A stretch of DNA of 63,983 nucleotides, the filler included, from Asterionella formosa (taxonomy: Eukaryota): the NCBI GenBank assembly GCA_002256025.1. It is 22 parts of 22 records of this genome, joined end to end, with 100 filler letters (N's around TTAATTAATTAA, not from the genome) between each part and the next. Parts side by side here need not be neighbours in the genome. Positions count along the whole stretch, not along the records: positions 1 to 19,130 come from NKIB01003821.1; positions 19,231 to 38,347 come from NKIB01003825.1; 20 more parts are not named here. One strand, given 5' to 3'. Shown here piece by piece: positions 11,901 to 23,690 of this stretch. A model generated the notes under the pieces. That model made no database searches. It saw only the letters and a list, made by a program, of their open reading frames with translations, and was not told where the DNA came from. The first letter of the stretch is position 1, and the number at the start of each line of letters is the position of its first letter. The translations under genes were made by a program, and so were the position numbers.

Positions 11901-12255
11901 TCGTCTCAAATACAATTGCAACGAAGATATTGAGGACTTCTTCTTCCTAAATCCCTGCCACAGTGCTGTGGACAAGATGGTCAATTTCTTTGCTGATGAT
12001 TTGTGCACAGCAGTAGGACCATCGGCAAGAAGAAATAACAATGCTATGCCAAATCAACCTATTTACAAAGGGATCAATGGAGATGATATCTATTCTGTCG
12101 TGTCACAATCTAGTGAAACTACAACCTCCTCCCATTCTGAGTCTGCCCCTTGCCGACGTAAGAAGAGCGAGCCTCGAAATATCCGAGCTTTTCTAGCACT
12201 GAAGTCATTCCGAAAGAGGGAAGGGTTTGCAGATAGGCAAAGCCATGTGTTTTAA
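8971..12255 (+). CDS. Large Ser/Thr-rich, probably disordered hypothetical protein (1094 aa) with internal repeats
   Basis: Uninterrupted 3.3-kb ORF; repeated [IV]TES[SP] motifs, duplicated KKSEPRN..KSFRK motif and one short coiled segment. No recognisable catalytic domain. Confidence 0.75.
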   Translation: MVSLRNEQARCCTIYPPTPSRNANQKLCQTKFSIDEYPLLKKDFGSSDTYDIPVSLARTNAESSTAADSRSVSSDPSIICTETSAETTKNISLGLAVVPSTFAPDDIIITESSLDIKERFESVLSSDPPTEYEVETESEQGRSNLRIGRRCWFKKDTQYVDLSRSDLHTPTTTKEVIVASDMLSILKKNSDSSKTAQNSTGNVVSRPSTSSSAQIAKIVGRVMQCTSVREDISVTESSILVKTSFGNNVDSSMDTENRVMASLPSKSSYADNIAENCKKVGMVTESSMIAETSFGTKSDSSIEAENRTVASLPLTNSHAVTAMSTTSLGRVVHPTSVSKEILITDTSVSKEILITESPMIVETSLVPEPWTGPSAEVEVGSTPKGRRSNSIGRRRRLRSGLQGERLTSTKLDGSDSTGESVALPELDPELTTRTTSYISDDVVPIERARMSNTSGHFDESLLQSKAHVFSSDLPLACSSTTSRLQQVISRSKSLSRLPSKAARKKHFFGNIRSSSLGRTVSRMEQSEQNSLAGDVVNDVQATLKQMQSELERATNQGKRVSREHVIEALQNVMGKLNAAEHDRRPKSPWVAKILQSDESVSIASSGTFDTSKTSMQGASWWRNCPKERPKSVHYLSLDEDRLAWNSLFSDLIYPFQSIVPSLCDATEVDDPMRKARVLRSNTKNSSGYIWDEFTSVLIDLASQFDCSYPVVPQKGKKCRSIKQRKLQRTWSQKMRRILFKTKVKQGGKNFRPSRSANMTHNQRSPKRDVLSVQNATVNSNGISNQQQAITPGNVNISIAKQIAACSSEVAKATINYPAAENDTPSDSSVSTPSNDVEIVYQESLQGNISNDNLPWVVIVQTVTATTISGKESVQEGAENTISGSDGLPPRSVAFERKKKSEPRNRTFREFKSFRKKIVKAARSTSNMNGLSNHGFFGRSLRRNSMRLDNPNPIPISNMVVISTPQQPPISSSPDRGSRLKYNCNEDIEDFFFLNPCHSAVDKMVNFFADDLCTAVGPSARRNNNAMPNQPIYKGINGDDIYSVVSQSSETTTSSHSESAPCRRKKSEPRNIRAFLALKSFRKREGFADRQSHVF

Positions 12256-12459
12256 GCAGCAAAAATGTTTGAAAACTATACAAACCATTTGTATTGGGCA
12301 TCATGGCATTTCCATATAAGGTCATGGCTGTGATTTGCAGTTTGTAAACCATCAAATTTTTGCCGACAACAAACTTTTGATGTTGTAAGTACGTTTTGAT
12401 ACACAGTAAGGATGAGTGATGCCATTTCTTCGCTCTGGATTGTGCAAGTTGAAGAGTTT

Positions 12460-15400
12460 TATGTAATTAAGTAGATTAATTCATTTAAGAGAAATTTTCT
12501 CACAGCAGTTTTTCTTCTTAGCCAAGAATGCATTTCCTCCTTCAAAGGCCGAAGGTATATGTGTAGCTGTCCATATCTGCATGGGATTTGCATCGAATTC
12601 TCGCGGGGGGCCAATGGTTCATGAATCTTCAAGGTGAATTGCCCCTTGAGGAAGAGAGGAGATAAATTCCCATGTGCTCGTAATCCGAGACAGTTCAACA
12701 TATGATAGGAAGATATTGGGGGAATTAGCAAATTTTTTAAATTGGTCTTGAGGAAGGCCGATGATCAGTTGTTGTGCTTCTACTAGAATCTTCCAATTCG
12801 TCTTGATGGCAAATATGACTTAGCTAATAGCATCTGGAGTTGGGAGATCCCTTGATCTGTGTAGGTATCGGTTAACCAAAACATCCTAAGGATGACGGGC
12901 CAATAATAGGAGATGCTTTGTCATGAGTGGAAGCTCATTTTTTTTAGAAAGGTGGATTTTTCATTAAAGGTCGCAAGATGGAGGTACACGCCAGCAATAT
13001 CACTTTCCTGCGGAGATTGGAAGCTGCTATGTTGTGGCTAAGAGTAGGTTCTTTGGAGATTAATGTGGCCAATTCATCTGTGTTGTCTCATTGGGAAGCC
13101 AGTCGATCTCCTAAAATTCGATGACCTTTTCTAGCGTCTTTTAGGGGAACAAATGTTGAATTGATGTAGTTTCCACCCAATGTTAGCTGCATAGATAATG
13201 CCAATTTTGACTGTGACTTCAATTTGCCATTTATGAAAGTCCAGTCAGTGGCTACATGAAAGAATTTCTCGAGTGCCAGTGCACCCCCAGTTGTCTAGAG
13301 GAGCTGCTCCAGAACTGAGTGGCTGATTGCATTTCATGAGCCAGCATTTCTTGATGTTTCGACTGTCAGAGGTAAGAAATAATTCTGTATCGTCCACAAA
13401 GGTTTCTGGCGCACCTTGGAGGTGAAGCGTATTATGGGGATTGGCGAAGAACTTGATACCCCTTGCTCTTTTGGATATGTCTCCCAGAATGATGCACATA
13501 ATTGACAGCTAAAGTGCGGGAGGTGCACCGGATCCTTGAAGAGTGCCAAGTACCCAATTCTGCATGTTGGAATAAGAATCTTTGGATATTCCCATTGGTG
13601 TGCTAATACGGTATAACATCCAATAGCGTATCAACAGCATGCTTATTAGCCGCTGAGGGAAACCAGCAAATATTCAGACGAATAAAGAATGCAGTTTGAC
13701 AATAACCAAAGTAAGACACAAATCAATAACAGATTAGTCTAGTTTCAATTATATGTCTCATAATCATTAGTAGGCATTGTCTGCAATAGCGCGCTAGCCT
13801 GTCTAACATGCACCAAACAGCAGCAAGACGAGAAGACCCTCATCATTCAGATATACCTGACTGTGGAATGAACACATCGCCCAAAAACCCTTATTATGCC
13901 AATAGAAGAATCGCTACACTGCAGCATGACTCGCCATCAACCAACTGCCAAAAGAGACCCAACCACATCCGCTTGGACCCAATCCGGCAGCAAGTTACTA
14001 ATCGAATCGTCAATACAAAAATGAAAGGGGGGATCAGGAAACCCACCAGATACTTTAATACCACAGCCTTACCATCACACGTACGTCAAACATTTGAATA
14101 CCCAATGACACTGCACCCCTGGCACCAGGGAGCAAGGGCACATGAGAAATGCATAATTCTCACAGCCCCCCCAGTCTACAAAGCGTTATCCTCCAATCGA
14201 TGGAACCATTCAGTCAAAGGCTGCTTTGCCATCATTATTCTTAAAGATTTAATAATGGCAAGAACCTTTCAAAGGATATGAATGATGTCATATGTTAATC
14301 TCTTCATAAGGATTGCATCCATGGAAGATCTATTAGGGCGTGATCGCCATTGCAGCCTCAAGATGGTCTGCTTATCTTCTGATAAATGATTTAAGCGTTT
14401 TCCAGAAAGAAACCTTAAGATCATATTGAGGTCAGCTTCCATTAACTTTATAACCCGGAGTTTATCGAATTGTCGAGTAATTCCTCTGACTTTCTCCAGC
14501 ATTATCTGAAGTGCATGAAGTCATCTGTCCAATGTGAAACCAAACTCAAAGGGAATTGACATAAGTGTGGCATATACCATGCATTTATTGTCATCTTGAA
14601 GGACTGCTTTGTAGCTAGTGCCCTAAGTACATCGTCTCACTAAGGAAGTTTTTTCCGCCACTGTTTTAAAGCCTTTCTGAAAGTCTGCAAGGGTTATTAC
14701 TAGTTCCGAAGAAATAGGATCATTAACATCCTCTCCTAAAGGATACCTCATTTCTTGTATGCACAATCTAGTAACAGCCTCAGTCATTGAGGTCGAACTG
14801 TTCAAGGTTAATTGTTCCATTAATTTATTGATCTGAAAATTCGTTTTCTTGAAATGGCTGGGTGCAGATATAGACCGAAGATTCCGTTTACAAAAGGTGT
14901 ATCAACCGCTTGTGCAAAGTGATACCTGTTTTGTTTGAGCAGATGATGAAACATTTCTAATGAGTTAGTCACCATGCGAAACTCGATGATTTCCCCTGTG
15001 GTTGGAATTTCAAGTTTGTGTAGACTTGAATGGATGTCTCCCTTTGCGTATTTTCGCAGTTTTGGTCACAGTCTGTGCATATACTTGTCGGCGTGTTTAA
15101 TCTGCTTTAATACTTGTTCTCTGGGTTTGCTCTTATGAACTGCCGCCTCCATGCATAGATCAGAGAGAAAGTCTTGTTGAGCATTATCTTGACTAAGGAG
15201 AAGAGCTTCCCATGCATCCTCCAGTCTTGATACGAAAAAATGCCGGCTCATCCTAAAAATGCAGGCTCATCCTTTTGTATTCCAAACCAAATTCTTGACG
15301 TTGGGAAGGAGAGAAAACTTCAGCTGGGTCATTATCAAGTTTGTGGGTGCAAAGACAGTTTCTCCAAAATGTCACTGTTTGTTCCGCCATGGCAAATATA

Positions 15401-16600
15401 GGGGATCATCTATATCCGAAATCTTAATTTGAGACATGTTTCTCTGCCAAAAGAACTGCATTGGTAACCTTTTTGTCAGTGCTGTCTGCCGCTAGTTTGG
15501 CGGCATCTTTACCCTTGGTCAAATCGATGTTACGCAGCTGAGTACAGCGTTCTAATATGTTTTAAAATGTTGGTGAATGTACTTTCTATATTGGGCAACA
15601 TGTTGCTTGTTCTTAGAGCAAATGCTTCTATATGACCTAGACCTAGAATCTTGACTGTAAGCTGAGAATGGGATGTCCTCTTGGAAACAATATATAAATA
15701 TTGGCCGATGGTCAAAGAATTTGATGCCATTATCATAAGAAGTCAAACCACCCCGCACTACTGCTTGAGCAATTATGAAAGAGCCAAGGATATAATCGAT
15801 TTTCTTTTGACCGTGACGGTATGTTGCAGGCATCGGTTCAGGGAATAGGGAATTGGTTTGCAGATCCATTAGGCTGTGGTGAGCAGGAACAAGGTGAAGA
15901 AAGTTTTCATCAGCAAAATTGGAGTTTGAGTCTAACATCAGGATGATGTTATCGCCATCTGCTTGAAAATTTTGGAGTTGTTCAGATAAATCATTACAAA
16001 CTGTTTTCTTGGATTGATAGAGTTTTGAGAATGTGCGCGCAGTTTTCGCCACTGTTGCATGTAGGCCATTTCCATCCCTAGTCCTGCGGCAGAAAATTGA
16101 CTTACTTGATGTGCCGTCAAAATTGTCAAATGTTGATTCCTATGACGTCGAAAACGCTGCCAAGCCCATTGCCTTAGTTCTTCTTCGTTACCACTCTGAG
16201 TCAAGCGGGATCGCATTGTTTTTGTCATGAGCATACTACAGCCACCACATTGGAGAGTCCCAACAATGCCTTCATCGCACGAAGAAAGAGTGAAGCACAC
16301 TTCAGTATAACCAGATTTAATTTTGTGTTCCCTGTCCATGCATCCCGGAAGTGGAAGTTGCGCCATTTTACATTTGTTCTTCGCACATGGAGTTAATTGC
16401 CTATTTGCACAAAAGTGTTTTATAATGTGCACAATACGTTAATCAAAGGAATTCGTGATTATTTCCGCGATGCAAAGTTTCTAGCCACAAATAGAATAAC
16501 TAGTGCTGCATTTTGGGATGTCTGCATGTATGTCTTTATTAAAACTAAATAACCTACTCCATAATTCCAAAGAAACATAAGACACGACAATTGGGACATC
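12460..16600 (-). mobile_element. Decayed non-LTR retrotransposon (LINE; APE endonuclease + RT), diatom Ambal-like
   Basis: Endonuclease motifs TNVKWR, GGCSM, WAWQRF, IILMLDSN, TYRHGQKKIDYILGS and DHRPIFI. RT motifs MLEK..DKLRVIKLMEADLN, NNDGKAAFD*MV, GTLQGSGA and FVDDT. Many stops and frameshifts, plus an unrelated ~0.45-kb insert at ~13680-14140. Boundaries approximate. Confidence 0.85.
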
Positions 16601-17030
16601 AATGAAACTCAGTGCAAAATTATACACTGAGGTATTTTCTTGCATTTGAGATGTTGTCCTATTTCCGAAATTGCTGTTGCTCAAGTTTTCTCGTTAATTT
16701 GTACATAAGATAGAAATAATCATTCATGATCCATTATATAATTCATGAACTTCATCCAACTGATGTAAAGGTTATATTTGATCTGGATGAGAACCCAGAA
16801 AAGGGTAATAACAGACCATATATATACCAAGGTGATTGTGAGGTGATTGTCATCCACTTCATCATGACAGTAACTATGTGCTTATTGTTTATTGCAATAG
16901 ATCAGATGAGGAGGAAAACAACCATTTTGTGCATTATCTTTTTGCTATAAATGATGGATTATGTCAAGTCTGTGACCCAGGAAAAGATGTAAATGTGGAT
17001 GTACAATGCCCTTGTTGCTCCTACATGGTG

Positions 17031-17054
17031 CATGATACTTTTTATTTGCAGATG
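17031..17054 (+). repeat. Additional right terminus of the CATCTG-ended transposon family
   Basis: catgatactttttatttgcagatg matches the termini at 149-172 and 7395-7419. Confidence 0.55.
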
Positions 17055-18958
17055 TTTCCTCATAAAGTTCACTTTACCAACCTTCTTTTCATGGGCTATT
17101 TGCAATTGACTATATGTCTCCTTATCCTCATATGTTATGGGTGATGTAAACAGGTTAGCTTCTTTTAGGTCCAGGAAAGTTCTTTGTGCAACTTGTTAAA
17201 GATGGTATCTAATATGATACATCATGGCTGGCTGTGTTACGAGTGCTGCCAGCGAGAATCGGTGTATTTGTGTGTACATATCGGTGGATGGATTTGGTTT
17301 CCATGGAGTCAGGGATATTCCCATGGGGATTGGTATTGGATGGTATGGGAAGAACCATCTGTAGAGCCTGAATTTGTGCTGCTGGAACCGCTCGGAGTTT
17401 CGCCTTAATAACTGTCCTGATGATAGACATTATTGAAGCATTGCGAGTGCCATGTGTGGAGCCTGAATTTGTGCTGTTGGAACCGTTCATCTATAACAAA
17501 GAAAATCTCAACATATTCATGGACCCCTTTAGTAAAGTCATTCAAATTCATTCACAACAGTGTACTACAGTGGCTGCGGGGTTCAGGACAATGCATAATT
17601 TGGTACATACATGCTATCCCAGATTAAAATTATATTAAGTATGACATTATATAACAGCAAGTACCAGTATCTCATGAAACCACCCCTGATTTGATTATGA
17701 TTTTAATGATAATTAATAAATTGATTATATTTTTCGATTTTTCTTTTAGTAAGCAAAACGAGTCATCTAAAATTTATGTAGGAAAATTTTATGTCATTGA
17801 GAGAAATTATCATTCATTTGCTACATATTTAGTAAAAAAAGTAATCATGAATTACCAGGACTAACTCATCATGCATTGTCGGACCCTTTTATGCAAAAAT
17901 TATAGGGGACATGGTTGTTGGCGCTGACAGCATGGAGGACATAGCTAATGTAGCAACTGAGTCTTGTCATAACTCTCCATACGGACAATTTCCGATTTGC
18001 ATAAAGGAATGGTATTGAATGGTGAGCCGATTGTGTTTGCCAAGGGCCTCGTCCAGGAGTAGGAAAAAGGATTTTAGGGTGATGATGGTGTGCCATATGG
18101 TGGTACTAGTGAGGGGAGTTTTGCCGACTACTTGAGGGCCTGCACGTCTTGAATAGAGAGGATGTTGGACCCGCTTTGTATATCGGCGGCGATGGAATTC
18201 AAGTAAGTGAGGTGGGCGTTGACAACTTGGCTAACGCAAGTGATGAGGAAAGGTTGAAGGCCAGTAGTGAGGTTGTTGAGATTGCCGGAAATTCACATTT
18301 TGAGATGACAATGATGAGTGCTTGGTTGGTGACTGGGTTCTGGGAGGCTTAAAGCCATTCGGTGGGGGCACGGAGGAAGAAGCATAGTTGGAGGACCTGG
18401 GCGAATTCACTTTTGAGGGCGGCATTGGCAAGATCGCTCATGATAGAGGGGGTGGTAAGAGAGGGGCGCTAAGGTCATGGTTGATGGGATGATGGTCAAG
18501 GGGTTGTGGTACTGGAGGTCATGTTGGACCAGGCAGGCAGGTGGCAAATTGAGCAAATTTGTGTTCAATTTTTATAACATAGGTGGGTTGAGGGAGGAGC
18601 ATGGCTGGGAGGGTGTATGATGGGATTTGTTGATCCATAGTATGTTAGTGGTGAGGAGCCAGGCAAGGATGTCAGCATGTGCTGGGCTTGCGTTGCTTGG
18701 CGGATGACCATACTAAGCTCATGCTAATTTTGCGGATTTTGCCCTCATCAGATCTGCCGGGAGGGGACATTGGCGAATTTGCGGTAGTAACAAGGGGACC
18801 AATGAATTCACCCAGGCCCCCAGTTTGAGCCCAATTGATGAGCACTTTTGTCCATGGTTTTGATTGTGGGAGCATACAGGATCTACAGGCGGGGTAAAGA
18901 GGTCCATGTTGATGTGGACAAGGCAGATTTGGCCAGAGAATACAGGATACATCCCCAG

Positions 18959-19130
18959 TGTCTGCAAAAAGAAAGTATCATGTATATAGGATCAAGGGTA
19001 TCATACTCTAAGTGGCACAGGATTTTCGTATATATGATTAATTTTTGGATTAAAACTATGATCAAGGTATCCTATAACTATGATGATTTATTAATATTTT
19101 ACTCCTTGAAGTATAATGATAATAAGAACA
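18959..19130 (-). mobile_element. Right end of CATCTG-family transposon, inverted relative to 1-172
   Basis: Reverse complement of 1-172 with a few substitutions. The terminus reads CAGACA rather than CAGATG. Confidence 0.7.
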
Positions 19131-19230
19131 NNNNNNNNNNNNNNNNNNNNNNNNNNNNNNNNNNNNNNNNNNNNTTAATTAATTAANNNNNNNNNNNNNN
19201 NNNNNNNNNNNNNNNNNNNNNNNNNNNNNN
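19131..19230. other. Artificial contig spacer (first of 21)
   Basis: N44-TTAATTAATTAA-N44, stops in all six frames. Recurs at 38348, 39631, 40914, 42197, 43480, 44762, 46044, 47326, 48608, 49886, 51168, 52451, 53732, 55013, 56294, 57575, 58863, 60144, 61424 and 62704. Confidence 0.99.
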
Positions 19231-19457
19231 ACGAAATTTCGAAAAGTCAAATGAATTATTTGAAACATCAACTAATTCAGTCTCGCGTTCAAAATTCATT
19301 GTGAAAACTTCACATGAAACAGTTAAAACTTCACATGAAACCGTTAAAAGTAATCTTTTTTACGTGAAGAGTGGCATTAATGCATGTGAAGTACCACATA
19401 ATTAACACTCATACGTAGACGAAATTTCGAAAAGTGGCGTATTTCGCGTCTTAGATG
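19231..19457 (+). mobile_element. End of a CATCTAAG-ended DNA transposon with a 188-bp subterminal repeat unit
   Basis: Matches 50268-50483 and, inverted, 46828-47043. Terminates ...gcgtcttagatg. Confidence 0.7.
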
Positions 19458-22400
19458 GAGCACTATTTTGGTGCTCTTGGTAACTCTTGTGACCATGCAA
19501 TCACCACAGATCAGCCAGATATTGGATGTATATATGAGGAGCACACAATAGATGGCAATGGAAAGATTATTTCTTGTTGTACTCTAGGGTAATTATAAAA
19601 TTGGCAGTACTAATGGTGAAAGACCTTTAGTACCTGGTAGCCTTCTTTGTCAGATGATTGGCAAAGGTCCTCACATCTTCATCAGTCAGGTACAAATACC
19701 GGTATTACAGTTCATCACTACAGGTATATGAAATAAGGGAGTACTTGGAGTACAAAATAGTAGGCTAGAAGGAAATTAGTCTGTAAATATGATGCTGGCA
19801 TTTTTATGTAATTGGCGTCATCATAAAAATGTCAAATAAATGTATAGTAGCTAGCTACCACGTCAAAGCTATCCAATAATCGCACTCGGGCCAAAAAATG
19901 GTCACAAATAGCTACCATACGGTACAACAGGACCTGTCTCCTCATCAGCCACACACACCTTGGAACCCTATGGGACAACATAAAAGAAAGATAGGTGGAA
20001 ATTGAAGGAAACGAATCCGCAACCTTTTGAGATGTGCTATCCTCCACTAAGACATTCCCAAAAATTGGCGTCATCATAGTGTTGTGATGTCATCCTCAAG
20101 CAATGCCCGTTCCAGCTATCATCTTGCCATTCGGGTACTTCAAAGTAAATTTTAGACTATAAATAATTTCTTAAGTAATTTTTATTTAGAGGTAATATGG
20201 GGCATATCGAATTTTTCGGCATTAAAAATGCCGAATTTAGCATGACATCCAGAATAACGGTAATATACATAGAAATGGTAAAACAAGCATCAAGCGCACG
20301 AGAATTATTGTAACATGCAATATCAATGAAAATTGAACATGATGTTTGGAGCAACCAAAGTATGACGTGCAATGCAATAAGTGGAATCTAATGAGAAATA
20401 GAAAAAATTGTTTTGGGTTACAAATGAAGCAAAACATAGGAGTTTCAGTGGAGAAGCATGCATTGCAGTACTTACACAGGCAAAATATAAATAGCAAGCT
20501 TTAACATCCCTGCTATGTTTCAGCATGCTTCGAGTTATACTAGCTCAGTTCATTGATGTGTTAAACACCGACTCTTCATCAAATGGGATTCATATCGTCG
20601 AATCGTGCTTGCTTCATCAGCGTGGCGCCAAATTTTCGGTTTCCCTTTCTGTTGTTTTCCGACAGCCTTTCCGGTCAACTCCTTCCCTAGATTTGATATC
20701 TAGTGATAAATAAAAATATGATTATTGTTCAAAAGCGACCTCAATCAGTCGTTGATTATCAAAACTCAAAACGTTATGGTAGGTCAAAGTTAGGCTTTCA
20801 TCTCGTTCAAGGTATTTTCGTCAGATATGATCAGCCTTAAAAATTTAATTATAATTTTCTAGTATGTTTTCTACGTTTCCTACTACACTATCTCAAATCA
20901 GATCTTGGCAGCAAGTTTTAGTGCTCATGTGTTGGCTTTCTTCCTGCTGCTCTACAATAGTACTGTTTCATTGCTTTCTTATCACAATATTATTTTTTTA
21001 CTTCTATATAATCATCGACAATGACAACGAAAAGTCGTCAATCTCAGTGAGCTATTGCGAACTCAGCAACGCAGCCGGAACATGATGGAACCAGTGTTCT
21101 GCATTAACTCGTATTCAACAAGGAAGAGAGGACAGGCATGTATTTGTTGATTGTTGTTGTCATGTTTGAGTTCCCACCATGGTTCGAGCATCCTAATTAT
21201 AATACATATTTCTTTCTCATCAGAACATTGATGAAGGCACCTGTCATGTTACTCCTTCACTTTCTGACAATTCCAACAAATCACCATCCACTGGTCAAAC
21301 CCTTGTCCAATGAGTTGAAGTATGTTGCCAGTTGATTGTTATTGTTTTTCATGAGGGATAATATACACACACTGCCATGACTGAATTTGACTGATTTCAC
21401 TTAAGGGGGGGGGGGCAGGAAAATGAAGAGATTTTTATAATGGACCTAGTACCTACATTTTATTAGTTCTACAGCAGGATGGAGTGCATTTTTCTAATAT
21501 GTATTATTAATTTGACAACTATTTCCGTCTGGTGAAGACTGAGAGAGTTCTTCACCTTGCAAGAAAAACACGACTTCATGTTGCTATCAGCAATCTCAAT
21601 TCTTGTTATCATTATTAGGGTTATTACTTCACTTCTTTCACCGTTGTATTTTTTATGTCGTGCTAAATGTACGTAGTAAGCAGCAAAGCGTTGTTCTCAA
21701 TTTTCGCGGATAATTCGTGTTGTTGTCATGGTCAAGGGTGCAACAACATGATGAAGGATTCTCCACCTGCTCACAACCACTACTTTTGCACCAAGTGTTT
21801 TATATGCTGTACAAAGTGTCCGCAAAGTCCTAGCTAAATAGTTATACCGGTATCCCACTGCCTACGAGAAAAAACAGAATTACAGTACCGGTACGTCACT
21901 TTGTAAATGTCTAGAAAATTATTGGGTGTTTGGTGCCACCACGAAAAAAATGTACAGGGGGGGGCTTGCAACCCGAGGGGGAGCCAGGACACTGAATTAT
22001 ACGGTATTTTTCATGCTTATCCCGGTATTGTACCCTGATAAGGTAGACCATTTTGCTTAAAATAACATTTTAATCTGGGATAAAGAAACTTAAATCTTTA
22101 GTTTCAGCAAAATGCGTTACCGCAACTTGCAGGTACCAGGTACCGGTATAAAATATTCGGTATACTAGTCAATGCATTTTTGATGTGTCAAAACTTTTTT
22201 CCATGAAAATTCTACCTATGACGTTGCTCGATGGGCTGTCCCTGCTCAAACTTGAGAAAAACATTTGAATGCCGAAAAATCCACTATGCCCCCTATATTG
22301 CCCATAATTAAAAATTACTTAAAGATACCAAAAATTACTGAGATACCCACAGTTCTCATCGAAAAGCAAGAAGATAGCTAGGGTGGGGATTGCCTCAACA

Positions 22401-22733
22401 ATACCCTTCGTGGTGGCTACATGCCTTCTCGTATACATGTACACTCGAGGCATGAGACCAGCTCGGGCATGTATTGCCTTCTGCAAAAATTCCGATTTGT
22501 TTGGACGCAAAAAAACAGAACTGGAGAATTGCAGTACTGGCGTGGTCATTTAATCATGTTTGATATACTACTATACTGGTATGTACTCGGAGTACATAAA
22601 GCAAGTCGCTCCATCTATCATTATTCTTTTTGTATTTATGTAATATATCTTTTGTGTCTTCCTGCTGTCTACGGTAACAAGACCATCACACCCCAGGTGC
22701 GATCTGCTCCCTTGTTGATCCAAGGAAGGAATT

Positions 22734-23690
22734 ATGTCAACTGACGAAAGAAGCAACAGCAGCAGTAATGTTCTGCTCGACCAAACCATTGAAAAATGTT
22801 TCGCGACAATGAGGGCAGTGGAACCTGATGTGACGGTTGTTGTTGGCGGAGTCGAGTTCCAACACTACAGCACCTTCCTGTGCTGCAACAGCGATTATTT
22901 CGATGCCATGCTATCTGCAAATATGAAGGAGAAAGCCGAGAAACGAATCGAATTCACCAACAAGGATCCAGAGGAGTGGGCGTTATTCTATTCCTTCATA
23001 GACCCAAGGACTTGCAGCACCGCGAAGCTAACCTGCGAGAATGTGGACATGTTACTTCCCTGGTTCCACGAATTTGCAATGGAAGAACGGCTGGTAGAAT
23101 GCGATATATTTAAATCACGACGTCTGGAAGCCTACGAAGCGACAAACTTTGCGCTGTTTGCGAATTCCGTGGTCATGTCGAAACTATTTGATCTTCCGCG
23201 CACTTCGATGCTGGCAGATCATTTAATATTCGAGGCGACCGAGGCTAGTCTTTCAAATGAAAGAAAGTGGAACAAAAATACCATCAAGGAACTAACTCCG
23301 GCTTGGGTTGTCAAGGGTGAGTTGTGGGATAAGTTTGTGTCAATTCACTTGTTCCCAAACGACTGGGAAGGCAAAACGTATGAGGAACGCCTGGAAATAT
23401 CGGAATCTTCTACTTTTGAACACGTTGTTTTAGCCCATTATGAATTAATGCTAGCGAGGAACGAGATACAGAAGCTTTCTTTGGCAAATTCAGCATTGGA
23501 GGGAAAAGTAACTGCCTTGACTTCAAAAACGGACGTGCAGCTAGGACTCGAATGCTATATCCGAAGTTTACATCATGGCGCTTTCTTTGGAAGGAGAAAG
23601 TTCATTCCCGTACATATACTGAAAAACATTTGCGAAATCAATGAAGGATATTTGTCTGCCGCTGGGATTGCAGGACCAAACTGGGGATGA
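22734..23690 (+). CDS. BTB/POZ-domain protein
   Basis: PDVTVVVGGVEFQHYSTFLCCNSDYFDAMLSANMKE..RIEF..KDPEEW matches the BTB fold signature. Intact 318-aa ORF with a C-terminal coiled segment. Confidence 0.88.
   Translation: MSTDERSNSSSNVLLDQTIEKCFATMRAVEPDVTVVVGGVEFQHYSTFLCCNSDYFDAMLSANMKEKAEKRIEFTNKDPEEWALFYSFIDPRTCSTAKLTCENVDMLLPWFHEFAMEERLVECDIFKSRRLEAYEATNFALFANSVVMSKLFDLPRTSMLADHLIFEATEASLSNERKWNKNTIKELTPAWVVKGELWDKFVSIHLFPNDWEGKTYEERLEISESSTFEHVVLAHYELMLARNEIQKLSLANSALEGKVTALTSKTDVQLGLECYIRSLHHGAFFGRRKFIPVHILKNICEINEGYLSAAGIAGPNWG

Noticed and set aside
9117..12041. Multiple antisense ORFs within the 1094-aa gene (likewise within 35590-37620 and intI)
   Set aside because: Shadow ORFs expected opposite long or GC-rich coding sequence, with no independent motifs.
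1..19130. 19-kb contig with ~170-bp terminal inverted repeats, suggesting a Polinton/Maverick, linear plasmid or virus
   Set aside because: The repeats are the right ends of two outward-lying transposon copies; the same end occurs internally at 7419. The assembler broke at them, and no polymerase, ATPase or capsid gene is present.
19131..19230. Recurrent TTAATTAATTAA motif and ORFs ending in XXX-LIN
   Set aside because: Artificial six-frame-stop linker.
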